DNA of 64,000 bases, from positions 230,827 through 294,826 of the forward strand of contig BDGG01000006.1 in NCBI GenBank assembly GCA_001949185.1, given 5' to 3'. This document shows positions 32,270 through 44,485 of this stretch, piece by piece; position 1 is the stretch's first letter, and the number at the start of each line of letters is the position of its first letter. The position numbers and the translations under genes were made by a program. Under the pieces are notes generated by a model. The model had not been told where the DNA came from, ran no database searches, and was given only the letters and a program-made list of their open reading frames with translations. The DNA comes from Ramazzottius varieornatus. Its lineage: Eukaryota; Animalia; Tardigrada.

Positions 32270-33064
32270 CTTGCAAGAGCTTCCTACGAGGACATGGCAC
32301 GCTATATGATAGGGGATCGATGACATCCAGAAGGGAATTTCATCGTACTTACCTGAGTGACGTTACCTCGTCCACCAAGCATCCGCCACTTGTCCAGCAA
32401 CGAGGCCAACTGTTATTGGATTTTACTGGAAACAGGACACTCTTTTAGTACCTGTTCTCATCAACAAACGAGTTTCAGATGAGATCGGGAACGAAATTCT
32501 GGTAGTAATGAACCCGGAGGACGAAGAATGATGGCCAGCTTCGAAAATCTCAACTGTTCCAAATTAAATCAGAACTTTCTTCTGCATTCAGAAGCACAAA
32601 TAACCAGAATGACACGTGATCCTAATCCACAAATAAAGGTGAGCCTGATCACGTGGTAGACGCACTCAGTGCGGCCTTCTTCAGCATAGCAAGCCACTGC
32701 AGCGGGGCGGGGCATGACTAATTTGACCAACCGCTATTTCTTAGCTTGGGAAACCGTCCAAGGACAATTCTCCAAGCGGAGTCCGCTTATCCCTCTTGTT
32801 TGAAACAGCACAGCTGGAAAGAGGTTTCTAATGGAGACTACAGTACGTACTATCCGTTTGTTTACTATTTGCGGTTCACCATAGCTCATGCGTGATGTAG
32901 TATAAATGCTATACAAACACCAGGAAGATGTCAGACGAAAGATATAAAAAGAGCTCTGCAACTGGAAAAAGCAAAGGCTTGCAAAGCAGACCATCTCCCA
33001 AAGAAAACATTGAAAGAAATTAGCTGCAGTCTGCCGAGTTCAGAAAAGATGACTCTTTGATCCA

Positions 33065-36000
33065 TTATACAACCATCAAAGTGCCTGTGCAGCAACTACA
33101 TTGTAAAGGATAGGTTGAGGTATGGTGACCGTGATGGAGGAAGGAATGCGGACTGGTGGGCAGCGTGGCCATGGACAGTTGAGCCTCCTCGGCACTAACG
33201 TGCGCTTCGATATCGCGCAGGACTTGCCGTATGAGCTTGTGCACCGAGGCCTCCTCTGTCCTTGCCAGCGAAGAATCTGCTAGTGGAGAACCAGCTATCC
33301 CGTTACTGGCATAGTCCACGGAAACTTTGTCTTCTTCGTGCGCTGTATCAGGCACGTCACCGGAATTGGGCTCTGCCACTAAATGGTGAGGGCTGGAGGA
33401 AGGCACTTCCGAACCACCCATCAACTCCTCTAGCAAACCGTGCAGCTTCGCCACTTTATCCTACAAAACCGGCAAAGGGTTGTGCATACCACGACCAACT
33501 ATCCGATTATTCTGATAAACCAATTTTCGCTTCGATCGAATAAATTCTCGTAAGTATCTCACCTTTAGCTGCTGATGCTGCAGTTGGAGAGAGGCAATTT
33601 GAGCATTCTTTTGTAAATCTCTTTGTCTTTGGAGGTTACGCTGGTTCTGGTACAAAGCAATGTAGTCACCTGCATCCAAAACATTAGAATATTATTACCA
33701 TTGCAACAGTTCGCAGGATTAGATAAAGGTTAGTATACTGACCAATGGTTTCGGTTTCGCCTTGCAGCTGCATGATGACATGTTCCAGCTGGTCGATATG
33801 CTCGCTCAAGTCGGCATTTTGCTTCATAGCAGCGATGAACTTGTGCTCGAGATTTTTGTAGGCGCCAATGCGTTCTGTCAAGTCCAGCAGCCGCCCTTCT
33901 TCCTCCTTGATCCTCAAGGCGTTCTTCAAGTAGATGACTTCAGAGTCACCTTGAATCTGCCGATTTTTATACATCTGCACTTCATCTTCCAAATTACGAA
34001 TCTTGACTTCGAAGGCTTTCAGGAAGTGCGGCTCGAGCGGCACAGGTGAGAAGCCATTGGTAAGTGGGCTGGGCGGTTCGACGGCTTCTGTCTGCACTTC
34101 CATACTCTGGACTTCCCTGCCTCTCTCGGCAGCTACGTCCTACAAAATCAGAAACCATTCCGGAGGAAGTATAGAATGAAAAAGTGATCGCATTAAGATG
34201 GGCAAGTCCAGTTGTCAAGCTCTTACTGGGGTTACTGTGGCCGAAGCGCGAGCTGATTCCAGCTGGTCTGTCAGTTCTTGCAAGCGTTCCTTCAGTTCCT
34301 TGTTCTGGACCATAGCTCGACTCAAGGCTACTTTATCACTCTCCACAGCCTTCATCAAGGCTTTCTGGTCTGTCATACTACCAGCCATGGCCTGATAGGC
34401 TTCTCGAACTTGACGTAACTCTTGAGCTAGCTGCTCTTTTTCACGGCTAAGACTTTCCAACCGACGCCCCTGCAACAACCAACGCAAGTTTCGTTTCGAA
34501 GGCTGCTAATGCAGAACCGTGGGGAAAAAAAGGAAATTAAAAACGCAGGAATCTACCGTATCTTGAAGCTGCGTATCCAGTGCTTCTCGCTCTTGTAGCA
34601 CCCGCTGACTCTGTTGAGACTGCCCTACCAACTGGGCTCGAGATTGTTCTACAAATAAGAAACAAACCTATTTTTAACATGTCTTTCATAGTTTTGAGAT
34701 AACAAAATTTTGAGTACCGGCGGTTTGTTGGGCGGCAGCAAGGTCTTTCTTGAGCTGAGCAATCGTCTCGTTGAGTTGGCCAAGCTCGGCCAGGAAAGCT
34801 TCGTTGGAGGGATTTTCTGAGTGGCGCGGAGCGGCGGGGATGGAAGAGTTCTGTTGTAGTAATGCTTGATAGCGAGTTACCATTTCCTCCATGTCGTTTT
34901 GTAACCGATTATTCTCCGCCTGGTACTCTTGCAACTTGATCTCGAGTCGCCGCTTGTCATTCAACAAGGTCTGCTGGGCAGTGGCGCCGCTGTTGGCCTC
35001 TTGTCCGGCTGACTTGAGTTGCTCCTCCAGGTGGTTCTTGGTGGACTGCAGCTGAGAGTCTAGTTCGGAATTGTATTGCCGCAGCGACCGCAACTCCTTT
35101 TCCTACAATCATAGACCATCACGTAGTATGTGGTTGAGGCGATATAATGCAATGAGTCGTACCCGGAGTTCCAACTTCCGGTTGGCTTCTAGTAGTTGGT
35201 TCCGTGACTGATCCAGCGCCTTTCCTACCTCTTGGTTCGTTTCTTTGGCAGAACGAAGCTGGCTGGATATTTCGTCAAAGCGCTCTTGTTGTTTTTCTCT
35301 ACGACACATGACCATTTAGGATACAGATCGGCGGTTAACTCTACGATTAAAGCTTACACATTGACGGAGGTACTGTTCAACGATCGCTCTTTATCGCTCA
35401 TTTCTTCGTGCAAGCGGCTGAGTTTGCTATTCAAGGTCTCCACTTCGACAGCTTTTTTCTTGGCAGTGGTCTCCATCTGTGACAGCGCAGCTTGCAATTC
35501 CGTCTTCTCGGCGACCAGAACACCAATTGTCTGAATGTGGTTCTAAGAAAGATGAGAATGCATTTACAACAACAGCCCAAGAGAGTAAGCATTTTACCAT
35601 TCCGTATTACATTTAGCTTCTCCCGTAAGCTCTGGTGTTCGCCAAGAATCTGACTTTCCACCGAGCTACGCTCGAGCTCCATCTGCGACCGTAACAATTG
35701 GTTTTCCCTCACCTGTCAACAACCACTAATCACTCTTTCGCCAACTGCGGACAAACGCAAACAGAGACGGGTTATTTCATACCAGCTCATCGATAGTGTT
35801 TCGGAGCTTCGAGCTTGTGTCACTACTGAGCGGATATCCTTGCTGTGGAGGTTCTCCCTGAATCCTCCCGTTCGAGGCGGAGGCTTCGACCGCTAGAGCC
35901 GGGGACGATCGCTGCGACGCCCCATCAAGACTATCGTTCACGGATTGCGCGACAGAAGCAGATTGTCCGAGAACTGAACCATTCGTCGATCCGTTGAAGT

Positions 36001-36302
36001 TCCGACTTGCTCCATCAGACGAAAGATGTCCGTCTTGCGGCGCGGATCCACTTGAAAGTGTGGCGTTCTTCTTCTGTTGAAACTTCTTGAGCTGTAAAGG
36101 ACCAAACAAAAACATCAGATGTGAAAGAGCCCGCTAAAGCTGCACATGACGTCAGAGAAAGACGTAAACTACCCGCTGAGCGCGGGGAACGACCGCCGTT
36201 TCCCGTGACATCAAGTATCTCTCTACCACTATTGGGAGGAGGGAAACCACCCACCTTTTCTTTGGCCAAGTTGATCTTTACGTCGCGTTCATCCACAGCC
36301 AT
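33065..36302 (-). CDS. GOLGA2: Golgin GM130 (GOLGA2)
   Basis: N-terminal basic AKEK|LKKFQQKK, long coiled-coil exons, QLQGETETI|GDYIALYQNQR and C-terminal CSCCTGTLMVV. Confidence 0.88.
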
Positions 36303-36747
36303 TCTTTCCGTCAACACAAATCAGGCAACTCCGTTGAACGATATAGACCGTGTCATACGGTAAGGAAACGGTAATACAGTATCAAAACTCAGGAAGAGCT
36401 CTGGGTCGAACTGCGCAAGTTCGGATGACTTCCGGTCAAACAAGTGACGTGGCGCTGTTCATCTTCAGACTTGAACTAAGACCGTTCACCGCGGTTTGTG
36501 CACTTCGCCGATGAACGACAAAGCATGGCTTACTGATCTCCGCGGCTCACGCGATGACAGCACTGCTCCTTCACATGAGAAAATCCTCAGGAACATCCAC
36601 GGAAACGGGAAATTATGGAATAAAAGAAATACCGTGTAACATTCTCTGAGACTCTGAATGTAAGTTTCACCTTTGACCTATCCAGTTTCCAGCTTCCCCC
36701 GCAGGGAAGTGGTTTCACCCCAAGGGCTCAATGAGAAACAATGAAGT

Positions 36748-37183
36748 CAGAGCACTTGGCCGCAGGTCCAAAAGTACTCTGCAACTGTGCTGCGCACATT
36801 ACCAGGGCGCTGTACGCTGCGCTGTGCTGCACAACTTTCATGCCCAGTGGCTAAGCAGCTGTGCTGCAGATGCACGTTGACCTGGTGTAACTGCGCGGAA
36901 CGCCAATGTATTGACGTGGTTCGTACTTCAGTCAGTGAAATCGGTAGTCAACCTGGAGAATGTTGCCCTAAAGTACGGCAAAGCTGAGACGGCTGACGTT
37001 CGAATGCCCAAAAAGTGTAATTTTTGTCGGGTTTCGGTAGGTGCATCTGCGCGGTAGTGTATGGCTTTCTGCTGTATGCTGCGCTGTGCCGCACAAATTT
37101 CTTCAGTGAACGCGCTGCTGCTGTGCTGCAGTACAGCACAGCCGCAGTACAGTGAAGCGCATGCGGCAAGATTCCGTGCTCTA
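36748..37183. mobile_element. Non-autonomous hAT-type element (436 bp)
   Basis: 8-bp TSD AATGAAGT at 36740-36747 and 37184-37191; termini CAGAGCAC.../...GTGCTCTA; subterminal GCTGTGCTGC repeats. Confidence 0.75.
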
Positions 37184-37203
37184 AATGAAGTAAGCTCCCT
37201 TAC

Positions 37204-37886
37204 TAGACCTGAGGATGGTGTGGTGAAACCACACCACACCGAAAAAAACCACTCTTTTTGGTTTCGGTGTGCTTGAAACACCAAATCGAAAAACTGGTGT
37301 CCGAATCACAACGAATTTGCCGTTTCGGTGTCTAGGAACACATCACACCAAACGGAAAAACTTTTGGTGCACCAGATTTAATGAGCTAGTCAGCTAGCTT
37401 GGGCTAAATGAGTATCGCAAACTCGCTGTTTCGCCCCGCGGTTGATTCGATTAACTGTTGATTATTTAAGCTGCGAAAATGTACCTAAAAAATGGTGATT
37501 GACTTTATGGCTGTTTGCGCTTCTTCGGTCCCCTCTGAGCGATGGTTTTCGCGTGCTGGTAAGGTCGTAACCAAGCCTAGAAGTCACTAGAGAGTACGAC
37601 CGTGGAAGTTTCGATGTGTTTGAAATCTTGGTCTTTTTCTGAGTTTCCTACAGCGCAGTTCGATTTGTCGATGACGGATTAACAAACTGTGAGTTCGCTC
37701 TTTGAAACGTTTTCCGGTTTTTCGATTTGGTTTGGTGTGGTGCACCGAAAGAGTAGTGTTCGATCCACACCACACCAGAAAAAGTGGTGTGGCTTTGGCT
37801 TTCGCACCGAAAAACCAGTTTCGGTGTGGAGAAGCACAGAACCGAAAAACACCACATCACACTTAATAACACTTTTGTCACGTCTA
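37204..37886 (+). mobile_element. Internally deleted hAT transposon (683 bp)
   Basis: 8-bp TSD TCCCTTAC at 37196-37203 and 37887-37894; TIRs TAGACCTGA/TCACGTCTA; CACACCAC/ACCGAAA subterminal repeats; transposase remnant inside. Confidence 0.85.
37405..37631 (+). pseudogene. hAT transposase C-terminal dimerisation-domain remnant
   Basis: NEYRKLA ... MVIDFMAVCASSVPSERWFSRAGKVVTKPRSH (frameshift) ESTTVEVSMCLKSW matches the hAT S(V/A)xxERxFS motif. Confidence 0.8.
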
Positions 37887-38844
37887 TCCCTTACCACGGG
37901 TCGGCTGGGGCCGGAAATGGCGGAAAAACGACCACCCTAGATGGCTCTGACATACAAGAGGTGGAAATTTCCACCCCGGGAGAGCAGAGTGGGAACGGCA
38001 GGATGGAAGAGCTGGGAACAAGCGATAGGGTGTGATTACCGGCTTTCCGTGACATCAAACCCGGAAGTCACAAGTTCTAAAAGTTCCTGTCGTCTGTTTC
38101 AAGGGTTCCCAGTTAACCACCTCATTTGTGCCCTATAGAGTAGCATTCCCTCCCATCTCGGCCACACACCGTCAGCCAGTGCAATCCTGCAATGCCACGA
38201 AGAGTACTCTGTGACGTCGGTATATCGAAACTGACAGAAGACATCAGTTCGACGGTCCCAGTTACTTTAATTACCTAGGGCGGTGCGGCAGTATACCACC
38301 GTGGGTTCAGAAACAGCAAATCCTCTTTGACACGTGGTGTAGATTTCCACACAAGGACACCCGGCTTAAACTATGTCGCTCACGCTGGTTGCAGCCTAGC
38401 GATTGCTTGTGGTTGGCGAGACGGTTCTCTTTTGTTGCTCGCCTTTCTTGATTGAATGCAGAGCTAATCTTGACTTTTGTTAGTGGGTTACATCACATTA
38501 CGTACTGTATATTATCAACGTATGTCGTACACCATATCGGTCCCACCTATTTATTAGCGCAACGTAGTCAATCAATCGCTTAATCAGTGTATTTGAAGTT
38601 CCGGCAAGGCCCCCTTTAGCAGCTCATCTATGCTACTTTAAACTACCGATGAAGTGGGACAGATTTGGGTCTCGGTGGGTGTACAAACTCTCGCTTGGCA
38701 AACTTCAAATATAGTGACATTAGCTGTAATTCGCTTTTATATATTAGTATACAGTCCGTTCTCGGAAAGCCACGACAGCTAAACCCGACTAACCTCGATT
38801 TCTATTCGAGCGTACCATACACATAATATAAAAATTCAAATTTA

Positions 38845-40791
38845 CTAATCGACCATCTCTTCATCAGACTCACCAGAATTATCAGAACCATTTCCATCTT
38901 CAATCTCGCTATCATCAGACTAAAGAAAAGAAGAGCTTTTGTGGAAACTTACATCGAGAACATTATCATTTTCGTCAACAGTATCACCCTCGCTGAGCGT
39001 AGGATATCCAGCATTAACCTCCTGAATAGCTGGAGGAGTGTATTCTTCTTCAAGCTCTTCGTCTTTTCGAAGTATCTCGGAGGCGTAAAACGATTTACGC
39101 ACAGTATCAACAGTGACTCTGTCCCACGATCTTGATATCATATGTACAAACTCCATCTTCCCTGGGGGCGCATTTTATCCTTTCTTTGTGAAGCTGATAT
39201 TATTTCTGCGCCAAGCCCGATATTCGGCTTTCAGAAGCAAACGGTACAGTCGTCTGCGGATTATACAAGAATGCCGGGAAAGCATTTGAAAGCTCAACAA
39301 ACAACATGACCAGACTGTTTTTTCAAGTGGCGCACGCGTTGAGCCAACACCACTGAAAACGTGCGCCAGTTGGTGAACGTTTATTCACTTTAGTGGCGCA
39401 CGTTGTCAGTGTAAGTAGCCGGAAACGTGCGCCGCTTGGGACAGCGATCTTGTCGAGTCTGTTTGCCGCGCTCCCTTTTGGAAAACTGGGAGCTTCCTCG
39501 AGCATTCTGAAATAGTCGGAGCACGACATACCTTGAAGGATTCTTTGAACGGCTTGTTGACGCTCACGTCCAGTGGCTGCCACTGACCTGTCATCCCCGG
39601 TGGGATTATGATCTGCTGCACGTTCCGTGCCAAAAGTAGTTCTGTACTTTCTTCCATGACGTGGACCGAGAAGTGATCCCGAAGCAAGACCGAAGTTCCC
39701 CTATTCACGTTCGCCGGAAACAACCGGTTAACATTGTCCTCCTCAAACTTACTGCTCCACCAGGCTTTCCTAGCGCTTCTAATAATGACATTAGAAGGAG
39801 CTTCCAGTTTCGACACGAAGTTATCCGACAACTGTCCACATTTCGAAGCTGTCCTGAAGACGATCTCGGCAGGGAATTTAGTTCCGTCAGCTGCGATCAT
39901 AAGATTGATCGTCATTCCCTGCTTATCACCCTGCGGGTGCTTCACCGAAACCTACGACCACATCATAATTTGATTGTACGTTGTCTCCATAGGACTGCAT
40001 GCAGCAATATAACCACCCTGCCCACCAAAGTAATCAAAACACAGCGAACCCTGCACACACCGTAATGCAAGCAATCTGTACCGTTTTGAGTCCTTTAGGC
40101 GAGATAGTTTTCTTCCCTGGTGAAACCAAGCGAACCATTGTCTTGTCAGAGTTAACGATTCTGCTCTTGGGAGTTGTCTTGTTGTAGATATATTCCTGAA
40201 TTTGCAGAAAGAAGAACTGGTGGAGTTCCTAAAAACACAGCCGAGAATGTTTTCGTTTTGAGCCAATTTTGGCACGTATGGCCAGCTATTACCTATATTA
40301 TGTACCACCATGGTGGGTCATAAGAGAACCATCAACTGGAGATTGATTTGGAATCTTGCACTTACGAGATCCGCCGCTGTAAACGTCAGCTTCCTTCCTA
40401 TATGCGTAATGGCGCGATACACAAGCTTGAACGTCCTCCTGAATCGCAGAACCCACATATCAGAAGCTTTGAAGTCTGTGACGCCATGGTCTCGAAGCAC
40501 GATTTCGCGAGCTTTGTCCTGAAGATCGATATTCCTTAACTCGAGCTCGAGAGCCCTTTGCGCCAAAGTTAACTGGTGAACTTCGACCTCCATCTTCGGG
40601 TATCTAACGGGACGTTTCTTCCTAATTCCTGGAGGTCCAGAGGCCATGTTAATCCACCCTCTCAACGTAGATTTCGAGATATTTACTCGGACAGCGAATT
40701 TCCTGATGGTCACGCCGCTGATTGCTTTCTCAGCATGATAGTCATCCGCGATCCGGCGCTTCTCAGCGTCCGAGTAATGATTCTGACTCAT
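38845..40791 (-). pseudogene. pogo DD35D transposase (CENP-B HTH plus DDE_1), intron-containing, probably inactive
   Basis: Exons 40791-40366, 40228-40082 and 39951-39532 splice cleanly in frame. Triad NSD, LRDHF, QPLD with 35-aa spacing. The third acceptor near 39228 is out of phase, there is an in-frame TAA after FTKKG, and an acidic tail ends at 38845. Confidence 0.85.
39290..39474. mobile_element. Palindromic MITE-like element, double-hairpin copy, nested in the pogo third intron
   Basis: Two AGTGGCGCACG...CGTGCGCC hairpins; right end GATCTTGTCGAGTCTGTTTGCCGCGCTCC. Confidence 0.7.
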
Positions 40792-41141
40792 CACAAGGGC
40801 TATATCAAGATTTTCAGAGCAAAAAAAAGAAGAAGCGCAAGAGACAAAGGAAACCTCGTTATCTCATCCGGATAGAAATCAAGTTCTCTTGCTGACCATC
40901 GGCAGAGAAACCACTGTAGATAAGCGATCAGCTGTTTCCGGCTGCTTGTATTAGTCAAAAAAGACCGTGACCGGGGGCTGTTTTACGCTGAGTAGGACCC
41001 AAGCCTGTCCCACTTCATCGGTGGTTTAAAGTACTATTTAAGTACGTTATGACGTTCTGCTAGTCTTCTTGTCTTTCCTGTTTGAAGTTTCATCGGATCG
41101 CGATCGTTTGCTTGCTGTTTTGTGCTTCTAGGAACTGCAGA

Positions 41142-41696
41142 ATGCATCGTTTAAGTGTGTTCGGTCTCCGCGCTGGACTGACTTTTCGTCTTACTGACCT
41201 GCAACAAGTGGCCTTTGCAGGATCCAAGGCATCCCCTACTGGAGAAAAGTCAGCGGAAATCAAAAAGATCGTTGGAGTACAGACCAGCGAGAATGCACCT
41301 TCCTTCAAAGGACCCGAAGAAGTCATGAATGAAGCTTCCCGTGATGGCAAGTTGAAGAAGGCGATGGAGACGGACGGGAGCATCAAGCAAAAGACAGCCG
41401 TCAAGTCTGGCAGCCAGTCTACTCGCAAGTTCTCAACCTCGACTCTGGCTCACACGCACGGCCAAGGTGCTGGATCTACCAAAAGTCCCAAGATCAAAGA
41501 AGAAGCGGGGAACATAACGGGGCAAGTGGTGGGGCATGAAGGCCTAGAGTCAAAGACGGGAGCGAAACCAGAGCAGTCAAACGAATGGAGCAAGTCCAAC
41601 AGAAAAGATTCTGGGGATAAACGGGGACATGCTTCGGGAAACGACTCTGCTGCTCCTGACCGTTCCCACACTAAAACCGTTAAAGACCCGTACTAG
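41142..41696 (+). CDS. Orphan 184-aa hydrophilic disordered protein with a mitochondrial-presequence-like N-terminus
   Basis: Single coding exon after a TTCTAG acceptor (41131). N-terminus MHRLSVFGLRAGLTFRL is Arg/Leu-rich; the remainder is Lys/Ser/Gly/Thr/Glu-rich with no Cys. Confidence 0.7.
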   Translation: MHRLSVFGLRAGLTFRLTDLQQVAFAGSKASPTGEKSAEIKKIVGVQTSENAPSFKGPEEVMNEASRDGKLKKAMETDGSIKQKTAVKSGSQSTRKFSTSTLAHTHGQGAGSTKSPKIKEEAGNITGQVVGHEGLESKTGAKPEQSNEWSKSNRKDSGDKRGHASGNDSAAPDRSHTKTVKDPY

Positions 41697-42137
41697 ATAA
41701 TCCTTGATCTTCGAATGGTATCTGTGTTGACTGATGAGATGAAGGCTAGTATAGATTCTTTATGTTTGCGTTTCAATGTGGTCACCCATATTTTCAGTAA
41801 TAACGTTTACGTGGTTTATCCACAGTAACTTGAAGGTCGATGAGCTCGAACGGTCCATGATCTATGATTTACAGTAATTACGCATTTGGAAGAACGAAAG
41901 TGCAAGTAACAAGAAAATGAAGTTACACAATAAAATATTCGAACCGGTGAACTGACTGAGCAAAAAAATGAGCTGGAAGTGGACGAAAATATAGTGGTGC
42001 TTAGAAATAATATTATTAGCGCAATGCCTAATAATGTGAATGCTTGGGTAAAAGCTATAAGGAAGATTGGTACACAGTGAAGTATACACCCATAAGTAAC
42101 AGCCGTCTACAGACCCACCTTGACGTTTCGGAAATGG

Positions 42138-44075
42138 TCAGCCTTTAGCTTCCATAGGAGCAACGCCAAGATTCTGCGCCAGCTCTTTGGCGTGATCAAA
42201 CTGGTTCTGGTGGTAGGGAATACCGCCGAGCTTCTCACACTTGGCCACATGAACTCTTTCGGGGTCACCAGGTGCCAGAACGGGCTTGAACAGATCGGAC
42301 TACAATAAAATTTTGTGTTAGTGATTTGTTGGAATATTGAAAGACCTGCAAGAAAAATGCGTCTGAACGTACGGCTGGCAAGTGGCGCATGATGTCGATG
42401 AAGGACTGTAGTCGATCCTGGAAACCTTCGGCAAAATGTGACGGATCCACGGCGATGAAGCCTTGACCCTGTTGGAGAAAAAATCACCTGATGAAAACAA
42501 CAAGAATAAAAGAAGACTCCTCACCAGTCTGGCTTCGCCTTCCGGTTTGTTCCATGAGCGGACATGCGGTCCGAAAGCTGCGTCCGCAAGTATACCACAC
42601 AAAATCTCTACCATCATATTCAGTCCGTAACCCTTGTAACCACCAGTTTCCTCTGAGCCTACATAGAATTCCAGGAGAAAACTCTAATACAAAGCTAGTT
42701 TGTAAGCAGGGCCAAGCGGGAAAGAACATCGAACCTCCCAGCGGCAGCAGTCCTCCTTCCTCATAGACCTTCTTCGGGTCCGTGGACGGTTTTCCGGTCT
42801 TATCGACACCCCACACTTCCGGGATGTTTTGACATTTGCGCATAGCCAGTTCCACTTTGCCGATGGCGACGGTGGTTGTAGCCATATCCAAGACAAACGA
42901 ATCGCCGTTCCTACCCGGGGCAGCGAAGCAGATGGGGTTGGTGCCTAGGGTATTCTGTGCCAGGAAAGCCATGAGGACCCAAGAATCAAGATCAAGTGAG
43001 TACCATCAGAGACTCCTAGTAGTACCTGTTTTGCTCGTGTCGGAACACAGAGTGGGGAGGTGTTGGTGACGGAAATACCAATGAGACCTTGGGCGACAGC
43101 TTGCAGTCCGTAGTATCCCGCAATGCCGTAATGGTTGGACCCGTAAGCCGACACCCAGCCCACCCCACTCTCCTTGGCTTTTCGGATGGCTGTGTCCATC
43201 GCGAATTTACCGACCACTCCACCTGAAACGAAGGAACGTTTGAGTCGAGTGGGCTGTCCGCGTACAACGAATGTTTCCTTTCCATGGACTAGTCAATGGG
43301 TCTGAACAAAGATACCCAGAAGGTTCTGTCCATCGACCAGCGCGGTACTGGCACCTTCCTTCACGATCTTTGGCTCTCCTACGACACACAGCAGGCAACA
43401 CGTAGTTACTACAAGTGTCAACTGTAAAGTGCTGACTTGCAAGTGTTCTTACGTACCTTTGGAGCGACAACGTCCACCCTTCAAATCGTTAACGTACATA
43501 TCTGGAAAACTAAGCGTTTAAACCCTTTATTACCATCTTTATATCTCTCACAAAAAGTTGAACAGCCAAAAGGACAGTTACCAAGTCGATTCAGCCCATG
43601 CGAGAAATGACCGCGGGTGTCGCCCATAATGAGAACATCCTGAAAATACAGCCAGGCAGATGAGTCATAAGGTATACGGAACAGAAATTCCAGTCTCTCC
43701 GGATTCCGGAAGCAAAGTTGCAGGACGAACTCAAACGAAGCCAAGGGTGCTCCTTACCGCCATTTGCTTAGCATGCTTCGGGTCAGCTCCCACTTTCTCC
43801 AGACAGCGGCAGATAAAGGCGTTAGCTGAAGCAACAGGTACCACTACCGACGGTGGGTCGCTCTCTTGCTTGCTGGCGGTACTTTCATCCCGCTTTGGCC
43901 TCTGCGAAGTGGTAGAAGCCTTCCGGACGTAAGCTATCGACAAACTCGGCTGACACAAGAAGTGGGAATATACAGGGTAGGCTAGCGGAGGCATCCTCTT
44001 CGACAGTAAGGTAGCACATGTCCCCTTCCGGCGCACTTCCGGCCAGGTGTTCTGTGCAATTTTGCTGCTGAGCAT
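42138..44075 (-). CDS. Ldh_2 family (type 2 malate/L-lactate dehydrogenase-like) oxidoreductase, likely mitochondrial
   Basis: Multi-exon. GDTRGHFSHGLNRL, SNHYGIAG, LGTNPICFAAP, DMATT, GGYKGYGL and VLAPGDPE motifs; N-terminal presequence-like extension; TGA at 42140-42138. Confidence 0.88.
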
Positions 44076-44442
44076 CCTTGGTTCGGTGGACTAGTCCGGT
44101 TCCCAATGAAGTTCAGTAGGTCTTTGACGCATTCCTTGCTCCTGCTTCAATCCTGCATCAGAAGTTCGAAAGAGACGACTGCAGGGACAACCTGGAGATT
44201 CGAAGTGACGTGAAAATTGCGGTGCGCAGTTACCGTTGATTGCTTGAAATGCGCCGATGGCAGTCAGTAGCTCGTGGCCAGTGCGCTGATGGTCGGGTGA
44301 TTTACGCAGCCTAATATCGAAAACTGCGCAATTGCCTCGTGCGACCTGCCACGGACCGCTGGAACTGGTAACTTGATTGGGCGCGCGAAAATCCTGTCTT
44401 TATTGGTTAGGAGACCTAGTGCTCGAACGACATCCGAAGCGG

Positions 44443-44485
44443 TTAGTCAATACTGAACACTTAGTCAATACTGAAACAGTATTGA
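44443..44485. repeat. Tandem plus inverted repeat in the divergent promoter
   Basis: TTAGTCAATACTGAA at 44443-44457 and 44461-44475; TCAATACTG-aaa-CAGTATTGA at 44465-44485. Confidence 0.7.

Larger units (their letters stand above)
38636..41031 (-). mobile_element. pogo-superfamily DNA transposon, full length (about 2.4 kb)
   Basis: 36-bp TIRs CTTTAAAC(T/C)ACCGATGAAGTGGGACAG..TTGGGTC at 38636-38671 and 40996-41031 (3 mismatches), flanked by TA on both sides. Confidence 0.9.

Noticed and set aside
37210-37860. CACACCAC/ACCGAAA repeats as a CRISPR-like or telomeric array
   Set aside because: Irregular spacing and orientation; explained as hAT subterminal repeats bounded by TIRs and a TSD.
41142-41696. 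Calling the orphan protein Dsup, MAHS or LEA
   Set aside because: Only compositional or very short look-alikes from memory; no LEA 11-mer repeats or recognisable family motif, so no symbol was assigned.
42138-44075. Ldh_2 dehydrogenase as a recent horizontal transfer or contaminant
   Set aside because: It has many canonical introns and animal neighbours, and the family is known in invertebrates.
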